Positions 36,700 through 49,870 of a DNA stretch of 64,000 nucleotides are shown here, piece after piece. This stretch comes from Eledone cirrhosa. Taxonomy: Eukaryota. Numbering within the stretch: position 1 is the first letter of the stretch; each line of letters opens with the position of its first letter. The notes beneath the pieces were generated by a model. It worked only from the letters and a program-made list of their open reading frames with translations. It did not search any database and was not told the origin of the DNA. Both the position numbers and the translations under genes were made by a program. The DNA lies in contig OZ024746.1 of assembly GCA_964016885.1 (NCBI GenBank), forward strand, positions 93,062,001-93,126,000, read 5' to 3'.

Positions 36700-37200
36700 A
36701 TAATCAGTGGGGCTGAAAATGCAGAGACAAGAAGGCGGCCACCCATTTAGCAGACCTAGCCCCCTAAATCATTTGGGCAACGAAGCCTGGTCGCGGGACT
36801 CTAGAGAGAGCCTGACATTCACGAAGCATTCCAGTTTACCAAAGTTTAGGTCTTCAAAGCGTTTGAGAGATAGGGCTCAATTACCTCAATAATTTTTAGT
36901 AGTTCCTCGAGGTTAGCCATCTTGATAGAAAAATGGGCTCGAAAGCTAGGTTAGTAATTGGAGCCCTTAGAAAGCATCACGATAGAGGGGAAGGATTTTG
37001 TAAAGTAGTCTACAGTCTGTTAATATGAAGCTGGGTGGGTGAGGAGCCAGAGCTCGCATTTGGAGCTGTTGAGATGGAGGCCCTTACGATCAAATTCTTT
37101 AATCTACGTCTTCGCAGTTGCAATGATCTTATCTGAAGTGAAGCCCAGATTTTCGTCATGTTCTCCCAGCCCCACCTTACAGTTATACGGCCATTCTGTT
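36700..37200 (-). mobile_element. CRE-clade RT/thumb fragment, decayed
   Basis: Minus-strand remnants GLHLNSSKCELW and DQASLPK*FRGLGL (compare GL.LN..KCE and Q..LP...GGLG). Confidence 0.7.
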
Positions 37201-37289
37201 GACGACTATATCACCGCTACCTCACTATTTTTATTCATTCATTTTTTTTATTAGTTTGATCAACAGAAAAAAAACTGTGCTCATGACCT

Positions 37290-38060
37290 TCGGAGTCCCA
37301 CCCTCTCCCACCATGACTAATATAATCAATATGGTTAATATTTTTCTTGAACCTTCGTGGATAGGAATGACATGCACAGCCGAGTTAGAAGCGGTATCAA
37401 AACTGGTTGGGGTAGGATCAGTCGGCTGATATTTTCAGACAATATGGTGCTACTTAACTCGTCGGAGGGTGATTTCTGACATGCACTAGATAGGTTTCCT
37501 GTATGGTACGAATAAAAATAAGTACTGCGAAGACTGAAATGTTTGTCCTCTCGAGGAAAGCCTGCATATGAGTTGAGTTACACTAAAATAGGTGGAGAAG
37601 TTCAAGAATCACAGGGCCGTTTTCACGAATGATGGACGGCAGGAAGATGAATTTAAGGCAAGAATTGCTGGAACTGGTGCAATGTGCAATAACGTGCCAG
37701 CTTCAGTCCTCGGTCATCACAAGAAGAGAGGTAGGTATAAAAGCCAAACCCACTATCTTTAATTCGGTGGTTGTGGTAATAGTCATGGATCTTGGGTAAT
37801 GAATACAATCACGAATACAAGCGGCCAAAATGGGGTTCTTTCGAAGGTTCTTTGGAGTAATGTTACTTGATAGGGTGTGTAGCTCGGAGATAGGAAGTCG
37901 CTGTAAGTAGAGCCACTACTTCTCTGCATCAGTAGATCACTTGGCGTATTCAGTTGAATCATTTGAAAATGTTGCCTCTGATAAGACATTCTGGAAGGCG
38001 TGTCTGAGGACTCTGCTCCCACGACCTTTTCAGGAATAAGTGGGCAAAGAAGAAGAAGAA
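37290..38060 (+). mobile_element. Decayed RTE LINE (RT to 3' end)
   Basis: LIFSDNMVLLNSSEGD, ISTAKTE, VEKFK and HGSWVM remnants; (GAA)n tail. Confidence 0.8.
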
Positions 38061-38786
38061 GGGAAAAGAAAAATAGATTGAATCGTTCAACTGAAAACTG
38101 ATGGGTGATTCGTTGAGTTGACACTACCGAGATCGAATCATCTCAGCCGAGAACTAATGGAATAATTAATTCCCAATTGTACAATAGCCAATATTCACGA
38201 GACGCCTCACGCGTTTCCACAGCAACTGACAAAAGAAAGCTGATTTCTAGTTTATTTCCATTCTGGTCATCCGTAGAACGTAATCAACCTCATTTGCTTA
38301 CGTCTATATCATTAATTCATTTCTTCTTCACATTATATCCTGCGCATTTCAACAGCTTGTAATTCAATTGCTCACTACGTTTGGATTTCTTTTCTTTTTA
38401 CTATTTATCCGCTACCACGGGAAAATGGACGAGTAAGTATATATATTTATTCTTTTATATGAGTGTAAATACCGAAATGACATTTTTTTTTTTTTTTTTA
38501 AAATAACAACTGTGTAATTGGATGGCTTAGTCGAACGAAAACATTTCAAATTAATACTTAAGATATTAGATGAAAAGAAATTGTATAGTTTCTCTGTTCA
38601 CAGTTGCTTTATTTATTTATAAATTTACTATTCGTACCGTTCTCTAAATTTTCTTCTATGTACATATTTGGTAGGGAAGAATTTATATTACATACACCAT
38701 GTATACATACGTCGCTTCATGAACATATTTCATTTTTCACAAATGCCCGAGTGCATGTGGATGGATGTGAATGTATATAAGTTTAT

Positions 38787-38834
<48 letters not shown>

Positions 38835-40900
38835 TATATATATTACACACACACCACACCCACACCATATAAATATATATATAATTTTGGTAAGTCTGAA
38901 GGATTTCCATTTGTTTTGTCACTCTCGCTCCTCGTTTTTGGATTTGTTCTTGTTTTTATTCTCTGGTGAAACACTGGCTAGAAATGTCAAATATGTGTTC
39001 CTCTGACACCTTTATCATAGTTGTTATCGAACAATATCAATATATTTCTGGCAAACTTTACATCACTTAGATTTCATTTCAGCCCCAGTCTCCTATTTCT
39101 TGTCGGAGCTAGGACTTTTTTTTTTTTTTTTACCTGTTTACTATAACTTTAACATCCAGTTCCGTGACTAGCTTGGTGTCGAGTTAATTTGTTTCTATTA
39201 AGAACAATTATTTATTTATATCCTAATGTCCACCCAGTCTATATTTCATGATATATTTATCGAAGTAGTATTTTAGAATCTCTTCTTGTCGCTGTGCTTA
39301 CAAACTCCCACACGCGTATTCTCTGTGTATTGGAGTCTGCTTTTATAATTACATTCGCATTGAGATACCTTATAGAAATTTGTTAGCTGTCAACGACTTT
39401 ATTTAACTTGCAATGTATCGTGTTTTTGAAGGGTGAGTTATATTCCGAAAGCCCGCAAGTGTTTTCGATGCATGCTTCTTTGAGTCATTTAGTCTTAATA
39501 TAATGTCAATTATACACCTCACCAGCCAACGAGGGAACCTCTGGAAATTAGTCATATCCTCCTCAAATCGTACAAAAGGACAGGATACATTAAATAATAT
39601 AGTCCTATATACACCCCCAAAAGACGGGATGGCTGTGGAATGCTTGATTAGGCTTGACCTACGGCTAAACAACAACAAATTCGTCCGTTTGGACACGGGC
39701 GATCGCGCACTTACATCACGTTGTCGTCTGTACACGAAACGATATATATTGATTGTTTGTTTAATAACTAACAGTTTCCCGGCTTACATGATATTGATGT
39801 GGTACTTAGTGGCTGTCTCTTCCGAACCTCTAATGAGATATGCTAACAATCGATTGCTTAGCAAGAAAGTACACGACCTGCATTTATTTATTTATTTATT
39901 CGAGAACGAGAAAAACAATACAATGTGGCGTTCTTTGAACACTGTCGGCCGTCATTGAGAAGATACGTGATCAGTCTAACCATGACCATCCCATTCCTTG
40001 CATAGTATAATATCCAAGTTTACATTATGCAACGTGTCCTTCCTTCTTAAAAAAAAAAAAAAAAAAAACAGTTGTGTTTGATTTCAACAAGATTTAACTG
40101 TTATTTCCAGCAAGTGGAGCGACCGCATACTGATTCCTTGAGTTTTAAAGCGTGTTGGTGGTGTAATGGCCTGCGTGGGCGATTCTGATATCTGGGGAAT
40201 CTACAATGGAAGACCGTTGAAAGCTAAAAATACAAAAGTCTATCAACACATGTGAACTGGGGGGATTGGATAACTGGACAAAAAATGATACACCGACCCT
40301 TTAGGAGGATAATGAGGTGCAGTCACACCACACTTCGTTTGTCGAATTCATTTTTTTTTTTTCAAATATTTAACAGGGTTTTATTAAGTTTTAAATATAT
40401 TCATAAGTAGCATTACAAATTGCTTACAATTCTTTTAGAATGGAAATATAAACACATATAACAAATACAATTAACTATTGCTAAGAACCTCACAAATACA
40501 GCACACCAGAGCGAGAGAAAGATAAAGAAAAGTGAAACAAAAACGACCATCAATTCACCACCAAGTGCGACAGTCGACTACACATAGCAAGGACAAACAC
40601 TAAAAAAAAGAAAAAAAAAAAAGGATTGCACAACCTCAGCTGACACAACAGCCGTGTAAAGAACAAAGCATTAGAAGAACAGAAAGATTAAGGATGACTC
40701 TAGGCTCCATTGTTTTACAAGACATCTGTATAAATACCAACAACTAAAGTAAACGAAAGTAAACTATTGTACAACCAAGTAGTATCTGTCAATTGTCACG
40801 CATTAATTAAGTGCTCTTTCTAGTTTTGTTTGAACATATGTTTCGTTGATCAAGGTCGCTGGATTGCTCTTTCGTCCAGCTGCCTTCTGTTCATTTGCCT

Positions 40901-41096
40901 CAACCCTTTAGCATTCACATTACGCTATATTTACGATTGTATTTTCACTTAAAAGGCTTTATCTCACAATATCGAATCTATGAGATCCTGATATTTATTT
41001 TAAGAACTATACCTTAAAGTCGGCATGAGCGGTTTGAACAGAAAAAGGTGAGATAATTCTGGCTGGATATGGCCGGTTTAAAGGCTAAAGGGTTAA
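40901..41096 (+). mobile_element. piggyBac-type MITE A
   Basis: Family body; right end aagggTTAA. Confidence 0.8.
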
Positions 41097-41663
41097 TCTT
41101 CTCTAGTTTTTGTTGTTGCTGTTGTTGTATAACCACAGGTTAGCCTTGATAGACAAGGCTTGTGATCAGAACCATTCTAACCATTTTCATCTAGTCATTT
41201 TTATCTGACATAATTTATCTTCAGTTTTAACCCTTTCATTACCATATTTCTAATGAAAGACCAAAGCCTATGATTTTCAGAAATTTTTGAAAATGATCAA
41301 GAATGTGGATGGATTTAGTAATGCAACTTTCATATTATTAAACTGGTGTTTAGAACATAACAAAGGTTCTTATATAAAATTTTGATGGAAGATTTTAAAT
41401 AAATATAAATACTCTAAATCAAACAGTTCTTCTTTGTCTTCGTCTTCTTTGAACAGAAAGCGAGAATTCTAGCCGGATATGGTCAGTTTAAATGCTAAAA
41501 GGTTAGAGACATTCCAGATATGACAATCCCATCATTTTTAAGTATCTATAACTACATTATCCAATGTGCCATTATGTAAGACAGTAGGTGTAGTTTCAGA
41601 TAAATTTAGCTACATATTTCTAGCAGATTGAGCAACTGTGTTGAGGTTCCATAAATATATATA

Positions 41664-41818
41664 TCTATATATATAAAACTGAGGATGTCTGTCTGAGTTT
41701 GAATCCCTAAAACTCGAAGTACCCAACCGCTTATTTTCAAACTTTACATGTGTATTACTTATGTTTCAGGGAGTGTTATGCACATAAAAAAATTCAACAT
41801 TTTGATTAGGTGAAAAAC

Positions 41819-41849
<31 letters not shown>

Positions 41850-42259
41850 CAGCTTTTTAGGTTTTTTTGGAGGCGTTACGTCGGACCGATTTCCTTGAAA
41901 TTGTAACTATGTATTAGTCAGTCTCTTCTTCATACCGTGGACAAAGAAAATCCAACTTTTTTATGGCCCGCATTAGGGGAAAAACTTTTTCTTCAGCTTT
42001 TTAGGGGTTTTTTTGAGGCGTTATGTCTAGCCGATTTGTTCGAAATTTTAAGGCATATTATGCACATAAAAAAATTGATTTTCTTGATCCCCTAGGGCCT
42101 GCTTCATCGAGGAAAATCTTAAAGATTATCCAGCCATCAGAGTATTCGGTTTATTTTCTTTACATATTGTCCAGACATGCAGTTTTTCCACGATTAGGTT
42201 TTTTGGTGGCCCACGTTCCAAAATACCTTATCCCGTGCAAAGCCGGGAACCACTGCTAT
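41664..42259 (+). mobile_element. Non-autonomous Helitron-like element
   Basis: 5' A|TCTATATATATAAAACT, 3' hairpin cccgtgcaaagccggg followed by CTAT (a variant of CTAG) within a TA tract. Confidence 0.6.
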
Positions 42260-43081
42260 TATATATATAAATTCTAAGATGGCATCAAAATATAATTAAA
42301 TGTTCATTTCTTTTTACATGCAGCCTTGTTTGGATGTGAATATCATCATTTGTCTGTTTTCACTGCCAGCAAGGTTTGGACAGGTCATCACAGATCAAGT
42401 CTGTACTGAATTGGAGCCACTAATCTACCACTCTAGAATGTATTATGCATTTTATCATGGCACCAGCATTAAGGAGGCCGTCATGTCTTTGGCACAATTG
42501 AAGAATCCTCTATACCCTTTGGCAAGTTTTCTATAGCTGGATGCTTTTCCTATCACCAGTTACTTTGTGCAGTTTTATCTGTGGGGTGCAGCCCAAACAC
42601 TGCTCTCCCCTAGGCCCAAAGCCCTCTCCCATTCTCTTCTGTGGCCAAAGAGTCCTTGTTTTTCCCTCCTTTTCCTCTCATTTATAGCATTTATAGTCCT
42701 TCTCTCTACTTTCCCATACAACCAGATCTACTCTTCTTTACCCCTTTCTATTTATCTCATTACTTAATTTTGATTTTATCTTTCTTTTTCATATTTATGT
42801 AATTATCAATGGTTTTTAAGCCAACTCTGTGAGTGAAGCACGTGTATTGAGAATAAACATTTTTTACTTTTTACAGAGTATACTGGGATCACATGTTCAA
42901 CTTTTCCATTATATAAGAATGCATGTGACAGTCATTAGGGTGCTGGGCTCAGCATGACACAATGTGACCCTTCAGCATAACACAATGGTTGACCCTTTGA
43001 ACTATGAGTACAATTCATTTTTACCAGCTGAGTAAACTGAAGCAATGGGAAATAGTGCCTTGTCCAAGGGCACAATGTGCT

Positions 43082-43125
<44 letters not shown>

Positions 43126-43299
43126 ACAAACGTTATTTGGTTTAAATATAGACTTGTTTTTGACAGAGGATAGGTGTGGTGTGAAGATCATGTCACATAA
43201 CAGATTGCCATTCTTGAGGTGTTTAAATACTCCATAGTAACTCAGTAAGCAGAGACATCCAGGGCTATAGTACGTGGTTATTAAAATGTGTTAATCGAG

Positions 43300-43667
43300 A
43301 TATTCTCTTTCTAAGTCTTCACCTTATTAGTTATTGAGATCAGTAAGTTAATTGAGAAGTTCTCTTTATAAGCTCAAGTTTTCATCTTATTATTTGTTAT
43401 TGAGGTCAGTAAGTTAATTGAGAAGTTCTCTTTATAAGCTCAAGTTTTCATCTTATTATTGGTTATTGAGGTCAGTAAGTTAATTGAGAAGTTCTCTTTA
43501 TAAGCTCAAGTTTTCATCTTATTATTGGTTATTGAGGTCAGTAAGTTAATTGAGAAGTTCTCTTTATAAGCTCAAGTTTTCATCTTATTATTGGTTATTG
43601 AGGTCAGTAAGTTAATTGAGAAGTTCTCTTTCTAAGCTCAAGTCTCCACCTTATTATTAGTTATTGA
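43300..43667. repeat. 66-bp minisatellite, about 5.5 copies
   Basis: cagtaagttaattgagaag recurs at 43341, 43407, 43473, 43539 and 43605. Confidence 0.93.
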
Positions 43668-44169
43668 AATAGCTAATAATAGGGCTAAAGAAGTCAGATG
43701 ATCATGTTCTGCAATTGGATACCCTTTTATGTAAACTATAATAAAGAAAGGAGTGCGGGACTGCATCCAGAATATATTTTTTTATCCCGTTTGTAAAATA
43801 AGTTGGATTACTTTGAATAAATAATGAATGAATATTACATAATTTATGTACTAAATTTTGTGGCTGTTCATTAAGTATATTTTATTACTTATTTTATTAC
43901 TTCTTTAAAATTTTCAAATGTCAACACTTCCGGTTAGCGATCACTTAAATAAACATTCTTATTTCCGTCACTAATTTTCTCCTGATACATTAAAATATTA
44001 TATATAAACTGTATCATGGATTACGTTACTGATTACATAAGACAGTGTAACGCAGTCTTCGTTCAATTTCTGTGTATATTGTCAATTACGATTTTATTTG
44101 ACATATCATATCTACATGCATATATACTTGCGTATAATATCAATATACACACTACACATACATTTAAAT

Positions 44170-44360
44170 GGCGGTGGATTGGCAGTATCGGTAGAGGGTC
44201 GGACGCCATGCTTTCCAGCATAGTTACGTCCCTTTACGATCTGAGTTCAAATCCCGCCGAGGTTGACTTTGCCTTTCATCCTTATGGGGTCGATAAAATA
44301 AAGTACCAGTAATGCACTGGGTAATTGCTGGCCTTGTGCCTAAACTAGAAACAATTGTTA
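44170..44360 (+). mobile_element. SINE A, full-length reference-like copy
   Basis: ggcggtggattggcagtatcggtag ... gagttcaaatcccgcc ... gcctttcatcc ... gtaccag ... agaaacaatt. Confidence 0.88.
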
Positions 44361-46844
44361 ACATTTAAAACTTACATTACTAAATGGAATGTCTGTATGT
44401 GTTTGTGTAGGAAATAAATCTACATCTATCACATACACACAGGAATACATCTGATACACACAGGAATACATCTAGTGTTGATGTAGCAGAACTAAATAGA
44501 AATAGTTTTCACTGGAAATAGTTGTCCAATACTAGGAAATATTTAAATATATCAAGTGCCACTTAATTTCTCCAATGTTTGAGGAGATAAGATGTTCAAG
44601 TTAACTATTGCTAGCATTTTTAACCTTAAACCAAACACTATCTTAATTAGATATCATCATCATCCATCTGCCTTTCCCTGGTGGTATGGGTTGGACATGA
44701 AGTATTAACATAAATGAGAATTGGAAATTATCATTTGGGTGCACCAGAGGTGTAATGAGACTGTATGTATGTTAACTGAAAATTATCAGATGTAGTATGC
44801 AAGAGAAGATTGTGTTGGTATGGACATGTGATATGTATGGATGATGAATGCTGGGAAGTGCCAGGAGATGCCAGTAGAAGGAAGTTGCAGTAGGGGAAAA
44901 CCAAGAAAAACTTGGGTAGAGGTAGTTAGGGCTGATCTCAAAATGCTGAATCCCACAGAGGAGAGGTCAAAGGAAAGCAACAAGTGGAGAAACGTTGTAC
45001 TGAAAAGCTCCCTACTAACCCATGCAAGCATGGAAAAACAGACATAAAATGATCAGCTGATCATCAGATCAGACCAAGGAAACAATGTTTCAGTTGGTCT
45101 TTCCAAGTGCTGATACTATCTGCCGGTTTCAGCTCTTTGCAGAAGAAGCAGTTATGAAATAAAGCAGTTTGCTCAAGAAATATATATGTGTATGGATCTG
45201 AATGAGTCATTGGGGTGCCCTAGTGATACACTGTGTATCTCAGGTATTTTAAACCTGGTGGAGCCCATCCCCTCTCCAGGTTGGAATACAGCCAACTTAT
45301 TCCTGAAAAATGAGAGGGACTGAGAGAAAGGAAGTGAGTAAGAGAAGCAGAAACACGGAAAGAGAAAGAGGAATAGTTGTCTTCAGTACTGGTTTCGTAC
45401 TTTTTTTTTTACCTTGAAAAGATGAAAGGCAAAGCAGTTTTTCTTACAGCCACTCCATGAAATGAAACAAAGCTATGGTCATTTCACTACTGCCTCCCTT
45501 TCTATACAACTTCTTGTGACTGTTTCTAAGTGTGTGTATATGTATGGTTACACAGAACTTCACATACATAGATATACCTTTCTGTGTTGGTCAGCTTGCA
45601 AGTGCACATTCACACCTTTACACTCTTACAGTAGCCAGCGCAGTCACGGTCGCACGCACGCACGACCTCCATGTCTGACTATTCTATCTGATTATTTGTT
45701 ACTATCGTGCAAAAAATTACGTTCAGCTAAGTGATTCTTGTGGCTGGACGTGTTCTCTAGTCAATATTCTAATCCCAAATAATTCAGAACACTTTTTCAG
45801 GGATCGCTTAGCCTAAAATTGAAACCTGTTGGTGGGCTGGACAAAAATCTTTCATGGTCCAGATGTGGCCTGCGGGCCATGGGTTGCCAACCCCTGCCCT
45901 ATATCATATAGAACACCCTATATAATAACAACCACATAAATATAACAGCACAACTCTCATTGCACATGTCCTATATGACAGAACAAACACAGAAAATAAC
46001 ACAAGAAATTACTAAGTAAATCTCTTAACAAAATAAAAAACAATTCTGCACACACCTCAAGAACAGCAATTTATCGTAGGGGAAAGTCGATTATATAGAC
46101 CTTGCACTTTACATATGTGGTCTAGTGTTACGATCATAAAGTCGTGGATTCAATTCCTGGGCTGAGTTGCATGTTGTGTTCTTGAGCAAAACACTTCATT
46201 TCACGTTGCTCCAGTATACTCAACTGAAAAAAAAAAATGAGTACCAGCAATAGATGGGGCTTTAACCCTGTGATGGACTGGCGTCCTGTCCAGAGGAAGT
46301 CTTGTACTCTGTCACTTCATGCCACGGAAACCAGGATAAGCACTGGCCTGATGAACCTCCAAGCTTGAGGCAGACTTTACAGGTACTTTATTTTATTGAA
46401 CTTGGAAAGATGAAAGGCAGAGTTGACCTCTGTGAGATTTTAAACTCTAAACATAAAAATTTGGAACAAATACCACAAAGTATTTTATCTGATACTCTAA
46501 GGATTCAGTTGAAAAAAAAATCAATGAAGCTAAATTTAAAACTATAAAAATCAGTCGTGTATAAACCAACAATTTTAGCATACCTTGCTCATTAAGGTGG
46601 ACAATATGGAATGGATTCCCAGCTATTCATACAGGTACACCTACACAGCTATTGAATACATTGCTTATCATACTTACTGTAATTTATACCTACATCAAGC
46701 ACACCCACACAACATTCCAATAACTGACTGTTGTTACATTTTCATTGATCAATGCTTATAGATAAATCAGGAATATACAAATTAGTGGCAAGTACTGTAT
46801 AGTAGCATAGTACCATTTGTTATTGTATTTATATGTACACACCG

Positions 46845-46883
<39 letters not shown>

Positions 46884-47106
46884 TTGAAACAGTGAGCGAG
46901 TTTGATATTAGAAATATAAGCTTTCACCGTATTTTTGACTAAAGAAATTTTTACCTGATAGTGGGGTTTAGAACCCTCAGAAAATGGAAAAAGATGAGTA
47001 TTGACGTACATGTACGTCAATACTCATCTTTTTCCATATATATATATATATTTTTTTTTAACTACACGAGTATGTTATATTTTTTGTACATAATGTCATT
47101 TAGGGC

Positions 47107-47183
47107 AACTATATCTTATGTAATTCTGATGAGTCCAAATATTAAGCTCTTGATATTAAGGATGAAATGCATGTGATATAGTT
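47107..47183 (+). ncRNA. Degenerate hammerhead-like motif
   Basis: CTGATGA-gtcc...ggat-GAAA with palindromic atgcat and outer stem aactatatc/gatatagtt; the cleavage site and proximal stem I are damaged. Confidence 0.4.
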
Positions 47184-47209
47184 AGCAGTATTTGGTTTAT
47201 TTCTCAATG

Positions 47210-47240
<31 letters not shown>

Positions 47241-47519
47241 GTTTTCCTGCTTGTGTGTGTATATATATAATATATATCATCACCATTTTACGTCCGTTCT
47301 TCCACTCTAGCATGGGTTAGACGGGTTGTCCTGTTATATATATATATATATATATAACAGGAAGAACTAAGCAGGAAGAAGTGGTCAGAAGGAGAAATTG
47401 ATTGGGTGTTCAATCTTTAACATGTGTTTCTGTACAATTACATAGCTGTCTACATGTGCTGACTGCATTATACAATGTTCATTTGTATGCATTATGTTTA
47501 TATTATTGCACTTCATCAG

Positions 47520-48165
47520 AAAGAAGTTAACGGGGAGGAAGAAAAAAATTCAACCTCTTGATTAACCCAAGCAGCCCTCCTGTCATCTGGCACCACATCA
47601 AGCCTCTTTCACCCACAGCATTTAACAGCTGAGCTGAACAATCTCCACTCTATTTCAATAGCCTCAGTTTGCTCAGGGAGTTCTGACTTTCTTTTCCACC
47701 AATGCTTCCCACTTTAACTTGTAGTTTGACCTGGATCTGCCAGTTTTGTGGGCTTGTTTGGCTTTAGGTATTCTCAAGTTGCAGATAACTCGATAGTGAT
47801 CAGTTGACTGCTCAGACTCTCTCTTAACAAGGACATCCAGCACAGAATTGAAGAGATCAGAGACAATAATGAAATCAATTATTGATCTTTGTCCCCGATT
47901 CCCTTTATACCATGTATATTTATGGATGTCTCTATGCTGGAAGAAGGTGTTCATAATAGAGATTCCATTACAAGAACAAAAGTCTAATAAGGCCTCCCCA
48001 TTTTTATTTAGATCACGATCACTGTTCCTTCCAATCACTTCATTCCATGTCAGGTGGTCAGTGTCAACATGTATATTGAAGTCTCCCTTTAAGATATATG
48101 ACGCAGTCTTAACTACATCTAACACTGAAGTAACTTCATCAAGATCTGTATTCAGATTCCTTGTT
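47520..48165 (-). mobile_element. RTE LINE AP-endonuclease fragment
   Basis: ILKGDFNIHV, NKNGEALLDFC, NTFFQHRDIHKYTW, SIIDFIIVS and TDHYRV. Confidence 0.9.
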
Positions 48166-48174
48166 TGGTGCATT

Positions 48175-48690
48175 ATGCAAGAATTGCAGGAACTGGTGCA
48201 GTACTGCACCAGCTTCAGTAATCAGAAGGGAGGTAGGTGTAAAAGCCAAACTCACTAAACTCATTCCAACCCCTGCCTATGTTCATGAATCTTGGGTAAT
48301 GACCCGAAAAAATATTATGAATACAAGCACCCTAAATGGGGTTCCTCCGAAAGGTCTTTGAAGTAACATTACTCGATAGAGTGCATAGCTTGGAGATCAG
48401 AGAGTCGCTACTTCTCCAAATTGAGAGATTGCAGCTCACATATTATGGGCATATAGTTAGAATGTCTCAGGAAAGAATTGCTGGACAGATTTTATGGGCA
48501 AAACCACCTGGAAGGAGACCCAGAGGTAGACCCCGAGCAAGATGGTTGGATAACATCAATGAGCTCAGCTGGTTTCACTTGGGATCCAGCTGGATCAGTT
48601 GGAGACAGTTGTTTCTGACAGAACCTACTGGAAGGAATGTTTGAAGACTCTTTCCCCCATGACCCTCTCAAGAATAAGTGGAAAAAGATT
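48175..48690 (+). mobile_element. RTE LINE 3' fragment
   Basis: YVHESWVM, YYGHIVRMSQERIA and GRRPRGRPRARWLD. Confidence 0.88.
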
Positions 48691-49379
48691 GATATTTTAA
48701 TTTATTTCTAAGATATAATTACATAAATGTTCAATATACATATACACATGATATACGAGATTATATTTATGAGTAACTTAGAAGAAATAACTATTTACCG
48801 AACGAAGTGTAAGGTTAGAACCCAGTAACTAGGATAAGAAAGCAAATTCGTTATTGTAGCAACATGACTGAGGTTGGAAGTATATTGTGTGTGTGCATGT
48901 CATCATCACCATAGTCATCATCATCACTTGAAAAGGTGTGATTTGAGAGCGATTATTATGGTTGACATGCTATGCTGATTATCAATACACTATTGTCATT
49001 TTGGTCATAGAAAATTATTTGTATTATGTGATGTATAGTCATATATCTATGAATTAGACAGTTCATTAGGATCTTTATGTAACTAATATCACAATACTTA
49101 CAATTATAATGGCAAATATGGTTATTGAAGTTGAATGTATTGAAAATGATAATATAACTAAATAACAAGTATAATAAAATGTTGTAGTTTGATTGAAGCA
49201 TTGTATATAATATGTGGGTGAAAGACATACGTAATATATGTAGAAAGTGATATATGTAAGAAGGCTAAACAATGCAAAATGGACGGTAAGATGAAATAGC
49301 AATTATTTTTGGAATGTACCTTTCATTAGCATGGTTGATAGTTTTGACTTTGGCAACTTCACAGGAAGAAACATTCTGT

Positions 49380-49870
49380 AAAGTGGTATTGCCTGTGTCG
49401 CTGCCAAAGGGCAGACCAGTTACTCTTCTGACATGCTGCTCTCAACATCTTGAGAAAGAGCCTGAATGCAGCTGGCTTCCCATCACAACTGGAGCCAGCA
49501 GGCTTCGACCACAGTCGGCAAGGGTCCCGATGGAATTACCCTCCTCCCATTCGAAGGATATAAATCCCTCATCCGAGATGCCACATGTGACACATTTTCT
49601 GCATCCAACTCAGTCGCTTCAACCACAAACTCTGGTACTGTGGTCCGCAATGCAGAGGACAGGAAGACAAACTAATTCCGGGGCTTGTCCAGCTGCTTCC
49701 GCACCAGTCACCATCAAGATTTCAAGTGTCCTAGGACCCCATACTGCCAAGCTCCACTGCAAGATCGGAATGTCAGCAGCCCGTCAGAGGAAGGAGCCTC
49801 GCAAGGTGGGGTGGCTGTTGCAGCGGGTGTTGTTAGCCATTGTCTGCAGAAATGCCTTTGCAGTTTTGTC
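49380..49870 (+). mobile_element. CRE-clade RLE C-terminal fragment
   Basis: HAALN..RKSLNAAG.PSQLEP, PDGITLLPFEG.KSLIRDATCDTF, AEDRK and GWLLQRVLLAIV.RNA. Confidence 0.85.

Noticed and set aside
39503-39958. 151-aa ORF
   Set aside because: Largely the reverse strand of a dispersed SINE-like repeat also seen near 13330-13530, 39960-40140, 41110-41650 and 53050-53160; no recognisable domain.
44170-44260. tRNA-like heads of SINE A and SINE B as tRNA genes
   Set aside because: No valid cloverleaf; they continue into SINE core and tail sequence.
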